Part shown: one piece after another, positions 21,591-35,500 of the stretch | How positions within the stretch are numbered: position 1 is the first letter of the stretch | Layout of the letters: the number at the start of each line of letters is the position of its first letter | From: Tubiluchus corallicola | Taxonomy: Eukaryota; Animalia; Priapulida | Direction of reading: 5' to 3' | NCBI GenBank assembly: GCA_030141605.1 | Contig: JAQGDQ010000705.1 | Location: 1-64,000 of the forward strand | DNA length: 64,000 nucleotides | The notes under the pieces: generated by a model | Databases searched by the model: none | What the model was told of the DNA's origin: nothing | Seen by the model: only the letters and a program-made list of their open reading frames with translations | Program-made: the position numbers and the translations under genes

Positions 21591-24500
21591 ACATTTGGTA
21601 CATGACGTCATGTAATGGCGACATCGGAACAGTATTGCGGGAGATTTAAAATGAAAACAAACAAAAATTCCTTTTAACACGAGTAAGCTATACTCATAAA
21701 ATTGCTGTAAAGTAATATAATTTTTTTAAGGCGATTTTTCTGAAACCTACTCCAGGTGCCCCTTTTCTTGCCCTTTAAGCTAGGCATTTTGAAATAAATT
21801 CCGAAATTCCTAATTTTTAAAACAAAAAATAAATGTCATTTTAAAAATGATGTTATATCTGTTTTTTCCTACATTCATTAGTGTTTATCAGCAGTGAAAT
21901 TAAATGGGATAACGAACAATTTACTAAACTCATCAAAAGTTAATAGACTTCCAACTGGTAAAATATAATGCAGAAATACATTAACATTAGTGCTACATGG
22001 ATATTATAATCAAAAAAGCAGTAAAAAGATGATATAATTTATTGGCTTCAAATAAACAATTTATAACTTTAAGTGGCACTTAAAGATGCTAAGTACTGTT
22101 AACTCATAGTGATTTGATTCTAAAGCTTCTCGCCCACAAAAATTATAAGTACTTTACTACGGTGTGATCATATCGACTTTAAATTTTTTAAACATTTTGA
22201 AACGCCTAAAAATAAAAATATGACATTAGTCTCATCGATTAATTTCAGATTCCACATTCTGCCTGATGACTGGCCTATGCAGTAGCGTAACAAACACAGC
22301 ACTTTTGTGAATTATGATGCTATGAACTATGTAAGCATGTAATTTGTGGCAGATAAGGAGTTCAGTCAAAGATGGCAGATGGAAAATGTTTTCTAGATAA
22401 AATGATAGCTTAAATATAGGGGTAGTAGAGGTCAATCTTGCAAAAATTGAAGTAACCATGTTCACGATCACCGAGACCTAATCCCAAACTTTTCTCAAAT
22501 CGTGAACCCTGTTCTCCAACATTTAGTCCCGCCCTGAAACCTTTCGTTCTATCCCAATCCCTTATATATGATGCGTACTATACTCAACAGTTTATATTCA
22601 AACACTTAGAAGTGTTTCTACGTGTACGCTACGCACAATGCGTGACCCGTATTCGTCCAAATACAAACACCGTCATTCGAATACGCATCACACAGCAATG
22701 CACAGACGGAAAACCAACTCTGTCTCAGTGATTTACTGAGTTTTTGAGTTGACAAATTTCAGAAAAAAAAGTTAATGGACTAATTTTGAAATGCACCCCA
22801 TGCAAATTGACAGACCATTTGGGCTGACGATGTGAATTTTGATTACTTCATGAGCTACACAGAATATTTTTTCACTTAAGTTTTTGAGAGGTGGGTGAAG
22901 CATATGTAAGTAGGAAAGAAACAACTCTATGTTTTTTTTAATTTAGATGAAATTCTTGTACGATTACCAAGTGGTGGTACACCCAGTACTGCTTTCTTTA
23001 CACTTTCTTACAAATGGTTGACAGGTCTGTAATTTTCAATCATGACGCAGTTTAAACTTTGATTAGGAAGATTAATTTAATTAGAACCAAGAATTCCTTA
23101 AAATTGCGCTACAGAAAAGGTAATTTTTAAGAATTAAGATCTGCAAAATTCTCTAAAACGCAGAAAATGCGTTAGTTACCAGGAAGGCACAGCGCTGAAC
23201 TTTACTGGGGAGCTTACTAATCCCTACCGCCTCATTCTCACACTTTCAGTCTTTGCCTTTGACCAGTTTTGTGACTTGACAGCGTGATAATGACAAAATG
23301 CGCACACTCCCGTTTTCAAATTTCAACATCAGTATTCAACATTGCCTAGTAATTATTTGAGTAATCACTAATTTCAAACCCTTTATTAATATTAATCGCA
23401 TCCAATATACCATAGATATATCTAAGAAGTTTCCATATAAATGAAACTTATAACAAAATTTACAAAACGCACATATCGGGTACCAAAAAATAAAAACTAC
23501 TTAACACGTGATAACAACAACATAGTTCAAGCACAGCGCGTAGATGTTAAGATAGCTCCTATTGGCTAACTAATGAATGATATGAACGCCGGAATGCTTT
23601 AATACGCTTACGATGATTCGCTGTCACAGAGCAACCGATTCAGGCACCTAATTTTATTTCATCTTTTTCTATTAAATTTTGTATGCATTTTTATGGCTTA
23701 AGATTGTGAATGTCTACGAGTCGAAATAAAAGAGTAAATAAAACAACAAAATAAAACATCGGTCTACATAGCATTCGTTGCTGCTTTATAAGCATCTGTT
23801 GTCACTATAAATGTACAGAGAAATAATTAAGCTACTCATTATTTGGCCTCTTTCTGCTTGCTGCAATTTTTTAACAGAGAAACAAAGTTAAGTGCATTGT
23901 TTTACAAGGAAATGAAATCATTTACATTAAAAAACGAATAAAAAGATACCCGACTTTCCCCTATTTCCCATCATTCCACATTAGTATATAAATCATATAG
24001 TATTACATTGAATATTAATTATTATTATTTGCACTGCTAATTGTTTCGCCAAAAATGGAAAATAAATTATATAGGTGAGATTTGCGGATTAGCAACAGTC
24101 ATTTAAATTTTGAAGTATAATGAACAATATTTCTAATTAGCTAGAAGATTTAGTAATAATTTGCAAATTATATTTTTACATGGATTAATGCTAGCCAAAG
24201 GCAAAAACTTCATTTTCAACTTTAACTTTATATGTAGTGTGATTTTCATATTATGCTTTGCTCAATTTTTTGTTTAAATGTTTCAGTTTATGTTGCGTAT
24301 GCACGCTTACAAATATAAAAATTTCGATAAAATCATGCATTATTATAATTACTGGTTGATTTTTTATTCTAAATTGGAACGCGATCGCAATAAATCATTG
24401 GAACTATTTGTTGCCACCTTGTAATAGAGATAGTACTTGTTATTCGTTTCAAAATTGTAATGATTTTGCTTTGTTTTGTACTAATCATCATAATCTTCGT

Positions 24501-24679
24501 AATTGTTCTTTCCTGCAACTGTAAGTGTTTTGAACAATCATCCTCACCCATGTAAAACTATCTTCATCTTAGAAGAATTTAAAATCGAATATGATACCAC
24601 ATTTTTGATTTTTTAGTAGCGCAAAATATTTCACGTTTGGCACTAGACTGAATTCGGTGCACCATACATTGCAAATTGA

Positions 24680-25175
24680 CTTTGCTAAGTTAAAGCACAA
24701 GAAAACACCCTTCATAAATAAAGCTTAAAAAATCGTCAAGAAATTTTGTATCACTTAAACCTATATGCTGTCTTATTTGATACAGAACTTGCATTAACAG
24801 GCGCTGTATAAAACTTGTAAATTTAAACTCCCACGATATGACCGTTAAGCCGTTTAGATAACATTGTGTAAAGTTTGAAAAAATAATCATAACATTCGTA
24901 GTACACTCTTCACTAACTGAGCAAACGGGTAAATTACTCTATTTTTGTCAATAAAGATCAGTAATGTGTGTTTTTGTGAACAAGTGGTGCACACTAAGAT
25001 AGCGATGCAGTTTTGTTTTACCATGTGGCGCGAATATTTTTTTAATTATTATTAATTATTATTAAATTTCTTTGCCAGTTACGTGAGTCTTTCCAATAGC
25101 TAAGCGTAATTCTAAAAAATATAACTTTGCAGGGAAAGTTTTTTACACATTCTTTAAAATTACCTTTTCTTCCCA
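24680..25175. repeat. Interspersed repeat, copy 2 of the family at 21100-21590
   Basis: Same collinear blocks as 21100-21590. Confidence 0.8.
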
Positions 25176-26754
25176 TTAAACGATCATCAAAACAATCACG
25201 GTTAAAAGAACGACGCTTTAACTACGCTTTGTCAAAGACATACCTGTGATTAGCTTACTTAAGACGCCAAACATTATTTGCTCGACTGCCTTTGTTTGCA
25301 GCGAGTAGTGCAGTTTTGATAATTTGTAATGTTTCCAAAGTCCTGCCATCTATTCAGCATCAAATCCACGAATCTATGGCAATGCATTTCTAATTATGAC
25401 CAAAATGTTCTTGTTTTTAACTTAGTCCAAATTTTATTGGTCCTACTGAAAGATTTTCCCCTGGCGATCACAGTAACATTCTTTTCTCTTATCATTAATT
25501 TCTATCTATCCTACACGGTCCTTTGACTGTCTTCCTGATTTTTGTTAGTGTATTTAGTTTAGTTTGCAATTATAATTACGTGTTTTGTTTCATTCGTGCT
25601 GTAAATATCTAAGGCGTATTATCAGTTTAACTGCTGTCCACCTAAGATTGTTTATTCTTGAAAAACAACATAAAAATTATGTTATTTATAAAAAAATATT
25701 AAATTTTAGCAGAAACTTTCCAGAAAATAATATGTTATAACGCGCCTCTAAAAGTTTCTCTTGGAGAACAAATTGTGCTGCCAGTCGTCGCCTCTAATTC
25801 TCGATAGATTACAATCACGTTCGTTTTGGTTCAACTTTTAGAGCTCCAAGGACCAAACTACAATGATCTCAAGTGCTTCTTTTCCGTGAAACCCTACGAA
25901 GCTGAAATGAGTTGGATTCAGTTTCGGTAAGTATTATACGAGAGAAACCAAATTGTCATGTCTGAAAATCCAAACATTGTTTTCCCAGGGATTACTAAAT
26001 ACAGTGAAAAAACATGGTTTAGGTAGCATTCTCTGCAATTTTAGTGCTTTTAGTTTTATAGAGTCTGTCCTCGTAAACGATCGTAAATCAACAGCTAGAC
26101 TATTATCATGATCGTACGATTAGTCGATTACTATAATAGTCATTCGATAACATGATAAAATTGCAGCAGTTCGTTTTTTACAGTACTTGAACCATGACGC
26201 GTGAAACTTCAGTAAATATTTGCCCAGTGAGGAAGTACGACGCCTTAAAGTAATACGTTTCGTGTTAACGCGTGATCAGCTAGAATAAGACATCTTGCTT
26301 TTAAATAAAAGTGTTTGATAATTTTACTTTTACAAAGTTAGTGGTAGCTGCGGTAAACAGAATTATGCGAGTAGTCGTTTCAGTAAATTGTGAATGGAAA
26401 TTTAACATATATAACGCTGGCAAGCCTAGTCTATTAGCCCATACCTTATTGGATGTGACGCTTAAAGTGATGTCTGCACACTTTAGTTTAATTTAAGAGT
26501 GGATTAAATTTTTATGTCAGCACAGGCGTTACCATTTGCTTTCACATTGACACTTACGAAAAAATACTGTGATGACGCTGTTCATGCAGTGTAAGTCTTT
26601 AATGTAATTGTGACCAACATCAAAGACTCCTCTTTATGAAACATTCAAAGGTAGGAAAACTTGGCACGGGGAACTTGCAACATAGGGAATGAGAGTGCTG
26701 CACGAATAGTAATTAATTTCACTAACTCTTTCCTTAACTTTTCCTCCTGTTTCT

Positions 26755-26997
26755 ATGACAATGTCGGAGAAAGCCGTACAAAGATCCGTGCCTGTGACTG
26801 TGGAGACATTTTTGACGAAGATCGGCGTTTACGGTCGGTATCAAATGAGCATTTTTCTCCTGGTCAACATCTTGGAAACGGTTGTAGCTTTGCACATGCT
26901 GGTGATAAGCTTTCTTGCAGCAACTCCAGAAAAAATGCAGTGCAGCTTGCCCGATTACGTAAACCTGGGAAACGAAACCATACCTTGGATTTCACAA
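26755..26997 (+). CDS. SLC22-family transporter, alternative (paralogous) first coding exon 1a
   Basis: MTMSEK...VTVETFLTKIGVYGRYQ...LHMLVISFLAATPEKMQCSLPD...NETIPWISQ followed by a phase-0 donor CAA|GTAAGA. It is the paralogue of 29505-29759. Confidence 0.8.
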
Positions 26998-28812
26998 GTA
27001 AGATTTTAATGCATACTGCTGTTTATATTTTTGTGAATTACTATTTGTCTTATGCGTATAACCATTACACCATGTAGATGTGGTTTCTTTGCATTGATGT
27101 ACATGTTTGTGTATTACGTTCCTTTTTATTTCTAGTGTTTTTTGTATTCTGTTCTACTATTCACATCAACTAAGGTTAACGTGACCCACTTGTGACTGAT
27201 TAATTCTTATTTTGAGCTTACACTACATTTTTTGTTGCACACTTTTGTGTTGCATAATTCTGCAGACTCTCACAGACTTCGTTTACAGTATCTACAGATT
27301 TTGCAACTGAAAAGTGCCTGTCTGTGTGGGTCTTAATGAAAAGAATAATGGTCTGTAAATTTCGTATTATTGCTACTATCACCAGTCTTTGTATCACTTT
27401 TTCGTGTATATTGTAGTCAGTACTCTATACTACTACTACCACCACATGGCCAATAGTGACACAGTCATAGCAATTTATTATAAATGATAAATCCATCCCA
27501 TTCTTTACATAGTCCAATAGCAAAAAAATACGCTCATGTAGTAGTGACAGCACCTGAATAAATCCTGCTTAATTAAGCTTACGATACACCAACGTCTGCG
27601 TGGATGCTCTTCGCATTTTTTGACCGTCTGGCGTCTGGTAATGCCGCAATGGTTCATTCAGAAAGTCGTTTTTGTGGTAGCGTGTGAAGAACAAATGCCA
27701 ATACACCACCGCAGGCATTACCATCATCATGATCATCGTCAAAATCATCTCTATCATTATTATCGCCTCATCTTTGTGAAATATTGATTACGCTTAGGAT
27801 ACATATGCACCTCTAGAACAGTTTAGAGTATGCAGCAAATCATGGGGGTTCGTGTAGCGATTACAAGATCATTTCCTAAAAGCCATAAAGTTTATAGCAT
27901 AGCTAATAATGTGCTCACATAAGCTACCTAAGTAAATATTAGTATTTAGCCGCTACAACAGAAGCATTATGTGACACACAGAAAAATGTTTCACTGGCAG
28001 TATAACATAAAACGATACATGTTGCATATAATCCTGCAATCATTAAAAGTTGATTACGATGACATGTTAAAACGTATCTAGAAGAGCTTGATGTGGTGAA
28101 TTGATCACTAGAAGAGTTTGCTTTAACGAGTTTTTAACCGGAATAAAGTTTATCTCTTTTTCTCTAAAGATCTGTTTTGATGCTTTTTGTATTATACGTA
28201 AAGCTGAAAAAATTTGAGAATCGCAGATTCGAACTCAAGGTAAACAATCCCTTACCAGGCGATGTCACTCCTATGCACGTTTTACCATTCATATCAGCCA
28301 ACCGATGCCTAAAGTTCACGAATTGGTCGTATAATATGGACATACACTCTTGCTTTTGGCATTTGTGCAAAATTTCACAACAATTTCGAAATATGCTATG
28401 CACGGCATCGAAGCGGGTGCATCAAATTTTCATGGATATGCCATGAATATATCAGTCATAAATAACTAAATATCATAAAAGAACAATTTCTTGACAGAAT
28501 AAAAGAGCTTTGATAGTAACGCTTTACTGTTTACATAAAGCTTAAAGATTGAGGATTACGGTTTGCTCCTTGCGGCTTTCTCTGTGAGCTGGACTTATAG
28601 AAATGACTGACGAAAATTGAATATTTTGCTATTCTATTTGCAAAAAACCACCTGCACGACATCCACCAATGCTCACGTCCAGTTTAAACTACGTGCAATA
28701 GGCTTAGATGTTTGTATGTGCAAAGCCGTTTTGAACGTTTTGAATTATTTTCAATTGATTTATGGCAAGTCACCAAGTAATATTCCAATTACTTAGGCAA
28801 TTAACCTATATA

Positions 28813-28814
<2 letters not shown>

Positions 28815-28884
<70 letters not shown>

Positions 28885-28926
28885 GTGTGTGTGTGCGCGT
28901 GTGCGTGCATGCGTTCGTGTGTGTGT
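28815..28926. repeat. (GT)n microsatellite
   Basis: Direct observation. Confidence 0.98.
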
Positions 28927-29504
28927 ATGTCCTTTCTGTTGCAATTATAGTTGGACATGATTTCAATTTTATGTCAGGAGAATCCTTTTAATTTACTGAG
29001 AGTAGCAAATGTTATTGAGAAGAACGATAGTCTTGTTAAGTATGTAATTCGGTGATTACACAGACAAACACGATCCAGTAAATTTATACAGTGACAGGGT
29101 CTAAGTTCAAGCTGGGGTCCTGTCTTGACTATGTCTCATATCTGCAAGCAAAGTTACAATGATTTTGTTTATATTAACTATCATATGAATTGGAATAATT
29201 TGCACAGTGAAACATAGGTCCTCTAATCTAGACCACAAGTAAAGTTCGTGCGTTCAGTTAATATTACAATCATTACAGTATCTTCAGTTGGAAAAATAGA
29301 ACTGAAGATCTATATGTGGGTCTCTCGCTAATGTTTCGTGATTAATTATTATTGTGAAATTGAGAACATAAACTCTAAGTCTGCCCACTGAAAATCTTTT
29401 TCTCAATAAATGACAAAACATAGTGTGGTTATAAAAAATTTGAAAGTTAGCTGAAATGACTATATTTTGTGCAAATTACTAAGAAATTTCGTTAAACTGC
29501 TATC

Positions 29505-32500
29505 ATGCTTAACGGCAAAAATGTCCCAGTTCCGGGACACGTGCATGTTGTCACAGTGGAAACGTTTTTGTCAAAAATCGGAACGTACGGCCGGTTTCAA
29601 ATGTGTGTGTTCATACTGTGTTCTGTTATGCAATGCATGGGGGCGGTGCATGTACTGGTGGTGAGCTTCCTTACCGCAACACCAGAAACTTACAATTGCG
29701 CCATCCCTGATGGTGTTGAGGTGTCAAATGAAACTCTTCCATGGATTGACGAAGAAGGGGTATAGAGAACAATACTGTCTATTTTATTTTGTTTCGTGTA
29801 ATAGTAGCTAGCTCCGAAATGTGTAAACCTACAGTAAATCCATGTTAAACTAAGTTAGTAACCAAGGCTGAAGGAATTCAGATTCAAATTCGCAAGCATG
29901 GCCGTGCTTATCACTTGACTATGCCTGATCCACCAATGGCAGGGCACCCGGAACTTATTATCACTTGAATATGTTTGGTCCAGTGCAGTTTACTCATATA
30001 TCACTGAGCAGTTTGCCCTATTTTTCACATTTTGGGTCTTATCTCAGCCCCTTAGGCAATCCCAGCTCTTTAAGTACGCCACTGTTTGAGTCCTTACCTC
30101 AGGTGTCTACTCTACCAATTCAATTTCGCTTCACACAATCGCTTTAGAGTTATTCAATGTTATGGCCTGAAGCGCTCTGCGTTGGCCAGTTACCGTGAAT
30201 TAGAGCCGAATGCTAAGAAAACTCGATGCCTAACATAAACAAAAATAACAAGTTATATGGGTATAGATTCTCTTCAGGAGATCTGCGCTGCTCGCGGATA
30301 AAACATTTCGCATGCTATCACACACACTTATAGAGCTGCTTATATTTACTGTGCAGTCCAAGACCCTTAATGCTGCCATAAGGTTTTATAATTTATAAAT
30401 ATTTATAAACCTTTACGTTATTGCAGCTACATCATCTTTTTCATTTTTAAAACCAGTTTTTTAACATACCAGCGAAAAAGCACAAATAATTATTTATATG
30501 CTGGATGGTTGTTCTAAATATAATGCTATAAAACTTTAATTGAACAACTTTGAGGAATTTAAAATGTGTAATTTAAGTAAGTTTAAAAATCAATTATGCA
30601 AATTTTGTGAGACATACCGAGTAAATGTCTTCCCGATGTATGTTTTAAGAATCATTCTTAGCACCATAGAATTGTGTTAAGAGCTTTTCGATTACCAGTA
30701 TTCGATTGTTCAAACGTTTACCTTGAGTGGTGTAGTGGCTGTTCCACTACACTACTGTTTCCCGAAATTTACAATTTTGTTTTTTCACTTGAATTTATGT
30801 AGTTATCAGTTATGGTGTCCACCTGTAGAAGGAAGACTAGAAAGCACTTGCTACTTCTTCCTCCTTACAATAATTTTCTCATTATTGTTATTGTAATATT
30901 ATATCATTGCCATTGTAAAATAAATTTATTATATTTTATTCTCTTTTATTTTATCTATGCTGAGATTCTTTTTATTTTTCTACTAGCCTTCTTCAAGGCA
31001 GTATCGTCGTGCGTATTAACGTCGTTCGCACTGCGGCTGCAACTGTATCTGTGAGAGGCGGACAGTTTAAAAATAATATTTAGAAAAGCAATTTTGGATA
31101 GTAGGGTCTATTGCAAAATAAAAAATGAAACTGAGAAACTAGAAACTGCATAAACCAGTAGCATAGTATTTCTGATTTTAGTTTGCCCTTCCCTTTGCAG
31201 CAGTTTGTTTCGTTATACGTGGGACGATCATGCAAAAATGTTACTAGGCTAATTTTTGCACTATAATTGTTTTTGCTATAACACAACTTAATTTTGTATT
31301 TCTTTATGCATATATTAATGAAAAAATGTTTTTAGGACGGAGAATGGGGCTATGACAGTTGCAAAGCTTACAAAGACTTTAATGCTAGCGCTAGTAACGG
31401 GACAACTGTTGACTGCCCAAATGGCTGGGACTATAGCAATGAATTTGCATGTACTCTTGCCATGGAGGTAAAATAGACACTAAATAAATATATTAAGATT
31501 TCAGTGTGAAAATCCAGATAAAGAGAACCGAAAGTAATCTTCTAGTAGCTTATTTTCACAGTTTACAAAAAACAATTTATTTACATGGAACCGATTTTAT
31601 TAATTCACTAGTTTTAAATTGTGAATTTTTTAAAGTGTTGACTTATAGCAAGGTATTTATTGCAGGATTTATTGTTACGTTTTTTAGTTTGATTTGGTTT
31701 GCTCTAATAAATTCCTAACCGACCTAGCAGCATCAGTGTATATGGGAGGATTCATGGTCGGCGCTATCTTAGTACCGTCGTTTTCGGATTTATTTGGAAG
31801 GAAAATAGCATTCATTAGTTGCCAATTTGCCTTTTTCTTCGTAAGCGTCGTCGTCATCTTCATCAAGAATTACTACACATTTGTTTGCTTAAGGTTTTTT
31901 GAGGCTCTTCTTATGTCGGTAAGTAACCTGTTTTCTCGATGTCAAGTTACGCTACGTGGAATGACTTACACCAACCACTTATTTTAGAAAATGTAGGTCT
32001 CGTGTATAAAAAAATCCAAATGATATAAATCGACTCAGTGCAGCTAAAATTTGCTGAAGTTCTCGTTATCATTGAGGGTTATATAACCCTGTGGTTACTG
32101 TGCATGCTTGGCTGTGCAGTTAAGTAATGCCGTGCCTAATTAATAAATGGATGTGTACTTCTGGCCACCAGGTTTATCTACCACACCGTCCCCTGCTACA
32201 TCTTTAGTTCAGGAAGGTTACTAAAGATACACTGGGATAGTAAAGCTATAGTATTAATATATAAACTTTTGATTATCTGATCCTCCTCAGAGCCTCTTCA
32301 AGTCTTACAACTATGTGCAAGAAAACATTCAGTGTTGGTTATTAAAATAGGTAAATGGAAGAAAATAATTTGAGCATTGCATTTTGAAATTCCGTGCGTC
32401 CCTGTATAAAGTGGGCTTTACTTCGCTTGGCAGATTATGGACGGAGCTTTGCAAAATCAGAAATACCGAAAGCGAGGAATGGGAATTATAGGTTTACACA

Positions 32501-35500
32501 TCCAAAAACCTCTGGAAGTTCGTTATGCTATAACGGCCCATAATTCAAGAAGTAACGTGCGGGTACTGCCGGTATTCCTTTTCTGATATAATCTGTGAAT
32601 ATAACAACCAATTATCAAGTGCTATTAATGTATCGCAATTATGGAGACGCATAATTAATTGTTGTTGGCGTCCTTCTGTCTCGGAAGACAATGGAGTGTG
32701 CGCCAAGAGAGTCAGTTATTGATCACATTGATGGAGCTGCAGCGTCAACTGTGGCTGAGCAGTCCGATCCTTGAACCACTGGAATGGCCTCTCCAGGGCG
32801 CACGCCTGGGCAAGGTGTATGGAGATCCTGAGTTGCCCAAACAACAGGAACCCCCTCTCTTCCTCCCTGGTGTAGTCCAAAGGAAAGCGGAGCGATACGT
32901 TTGGCACCAGGTTGGCTGCAGGAGCTGTCGGAGTCAGTGAGCATGCTGCACTGGTCCGTCTTCGGGACTCCACTCCTGATTTGGAAGGTTTACTCCTCTA
33001 CACATGGCCGTTGGGTCACTTGACCTCCTCTGCCCTCTAGCCGTTGACTGTTTTGGCAGCTCCTCCGCCTAGTGTCGAGATACAGTGTGGGCATCCCGCA
33101 AGCCTACAGCACCTGGTATACCAAGGCGGTCACCCATCCAAGTACTAACCAGGCTCTACGTTGCCTAACTTCGGTGATCAGACGAGAACCGGTGTTTTCA
33201 ACGTGATATACATTGAAACATATATACAACATGCATAATTAATAGGCATGTATAATTATATATATCATCTTTATTCGCACATGGATTTAGAATCACACAT
33301 ATGGAATACATAAAAATTAAAAACACTTTATGTTCGTAGGGACTGGGACTTAGTATGTACGTCTTGTGCTTGGAGTGGTTTGCAATCGACGGAAAAGCAT
33401 TCGCTGGTGAAGGTATCTGGTTAGGTTGGACGCTGGGATATTGCACACTGCCTCTGCTTGCTTTTTTTGTCACAGACTGGAGATATTTACAACTTCTCAT
33501 TACTCTACCAATGGTAGCTACAGGAGTATTTCCTTGGTGTGTTTATAATTTAAATGCAATTGTTTGCAGCCAACTTTATATTTCTAATATTTACTTATAT
33601 TGAAAAAATAAAACTAGACAGGTTTAAAGGGCATCGTTTTATTGTATTCATCACAGTCCTTTATACTGAGGAAATAACGAGAAGGAATATTTCAGGGTGA
33701 AAGAAATAATTAAGTAGTGATGCACTGTGTCTAGTTAGCAGCCGAAGTTGAGCAGTAAAAAGCGCAAGTAACTGGATGGATGAGACTGTGGAAAATTGCT
33801 TCAGGGCGATTTTATTTTCTTCATTTTCTTCGCTGAGGAAAGATGCACACACATCAAACTGTGGTCAAGACCTAGCAGTCCTGTGTCTGATCTTCAGAAT
33901 TATCCTTAATTCTTAGCTAAGTACTGGTCCCCCGCGGTCTAATCATATACATTAAATAGCTAGATTTTGTCGTTAAGTGCCATGTGACTTGCAGGGGTCA
34001 AAGCTAAAAAGCTGCAAAGGAGTAAAATCATCGTTCATGTGCTATACAATTACGCAACAACTCAGTCCAGAAGAACCATCATTTTTTCCAAAGCGCTACA
34101 GCGTACAGTCTGACTCCTGTGGCTAATTCCCCTGAGAAACGCAAATTTCGAATGTTTTGTCATGGATGAACTTGCAAAATTTGAAAAAAGCGCAGTTGAA
34201 AAATGCAGGTGGCGCAAGTTTGTCGGCCTCCCAAGAAACATAACGAAGGCATCTGCACCCACAATTTGAAATTGTAACGGTCAAGGTTAGTCCCCCATTT
34301 TTTGCTTGTGCAGTTTATGTAAACTTTTTATGCCTTAAATTTTACTTGCAAATCTGTTCCTTTGGAACCGTTATTATTCATTTTCGCTTTTGTGTTGTGC
34401 GAGTGTGTTATAATAAGGCCAATGTTGCGTTCTTTTATTTCGCTAACGTGAATGCATTGTTTGGGCAAAACACATACGAATAAATTGTAACTAAATATCA
34501 TCCAACTACAAATAACTTAACCTAAGAGATGCATGTTGAACGTAAGTTTGCATCTCATGCATTTTGAAATGCAGTTGATGATAACTATATCGTAATGATG
34601 ATTATACATACTCAGTTACCTATAGCATAAATCAGGATTAGATTACACATTAAAACAGTGCAATTGATAAACATTTATGAGTAATAATTTACAAGAATAC
34701 TTACATTAGTCACTGAGCATATAATACAAAATCCGACGAATTTCTTGGCACGAAAACGAGGTAGGTGGTTTTCCCCTTCAGTAAGCCAGTACAGCTCATA
34801 GATAGGTATATCACGATTACTAATAGCAACGTTATTAAAATTAGAAATATTTTGCGCAATAAATATCCTATTCTTTCCGAGGGTTGTACAAGTAGAATTC
34901 ATATTTAAAAATACTCAGCAATAAAATTTCAAATCCAGAGATTGATTCTGCAGAGACATTCTACGGAACTATACTACTGCAGCAGTTTTATTTGACTGCT
35001 TTGTCTCTACAGGTTAGTTCCAGAAACCATGCACTGGTTGGTAGCAAAACATCGCTACAAGGAGGCAGAGGAATCTGGCAGGAAAGCCGCACGATGTAAT
35101 GGTGTTGAACTGCCACCTTTCACCTTAGTTGATGATGAGACAAAGAAAAATGAGCACGTTAAAAAAGCAACATTGTTGGATGTAGTAAAAACTCCGATAT
35201 TACGTGGGTACGCTGTTATGATGTGTTTCATATGGTAAGTTTCATGCAAAAATAAATAATATACCGGGTAATAGCGTAAAAAAGATTTAGAGTAATAAAT
35301 AAAAAAAGATACAATAAACATGTAGACTTTGTCAAGAATTCACCACGCAAGAAAAGCCAAAAGTAACGTCTGTAAACATTTCTCTTAAAGTATCGTCATA
35401 CATCACAATACTTGCTACAATTTCATTCAAGTTGAAAATATGAAAACTTTACTAGACTCAGATATACATATGTACGGTCAACAATAAGAGAAATTTCTCT

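Noticed and set aside
33100-33209. Functional 5S rRNA gene
   Set aside because: The 5' end is missing, there are substitutions and no oligo-T terminator, and it is fused to a retroposon body.
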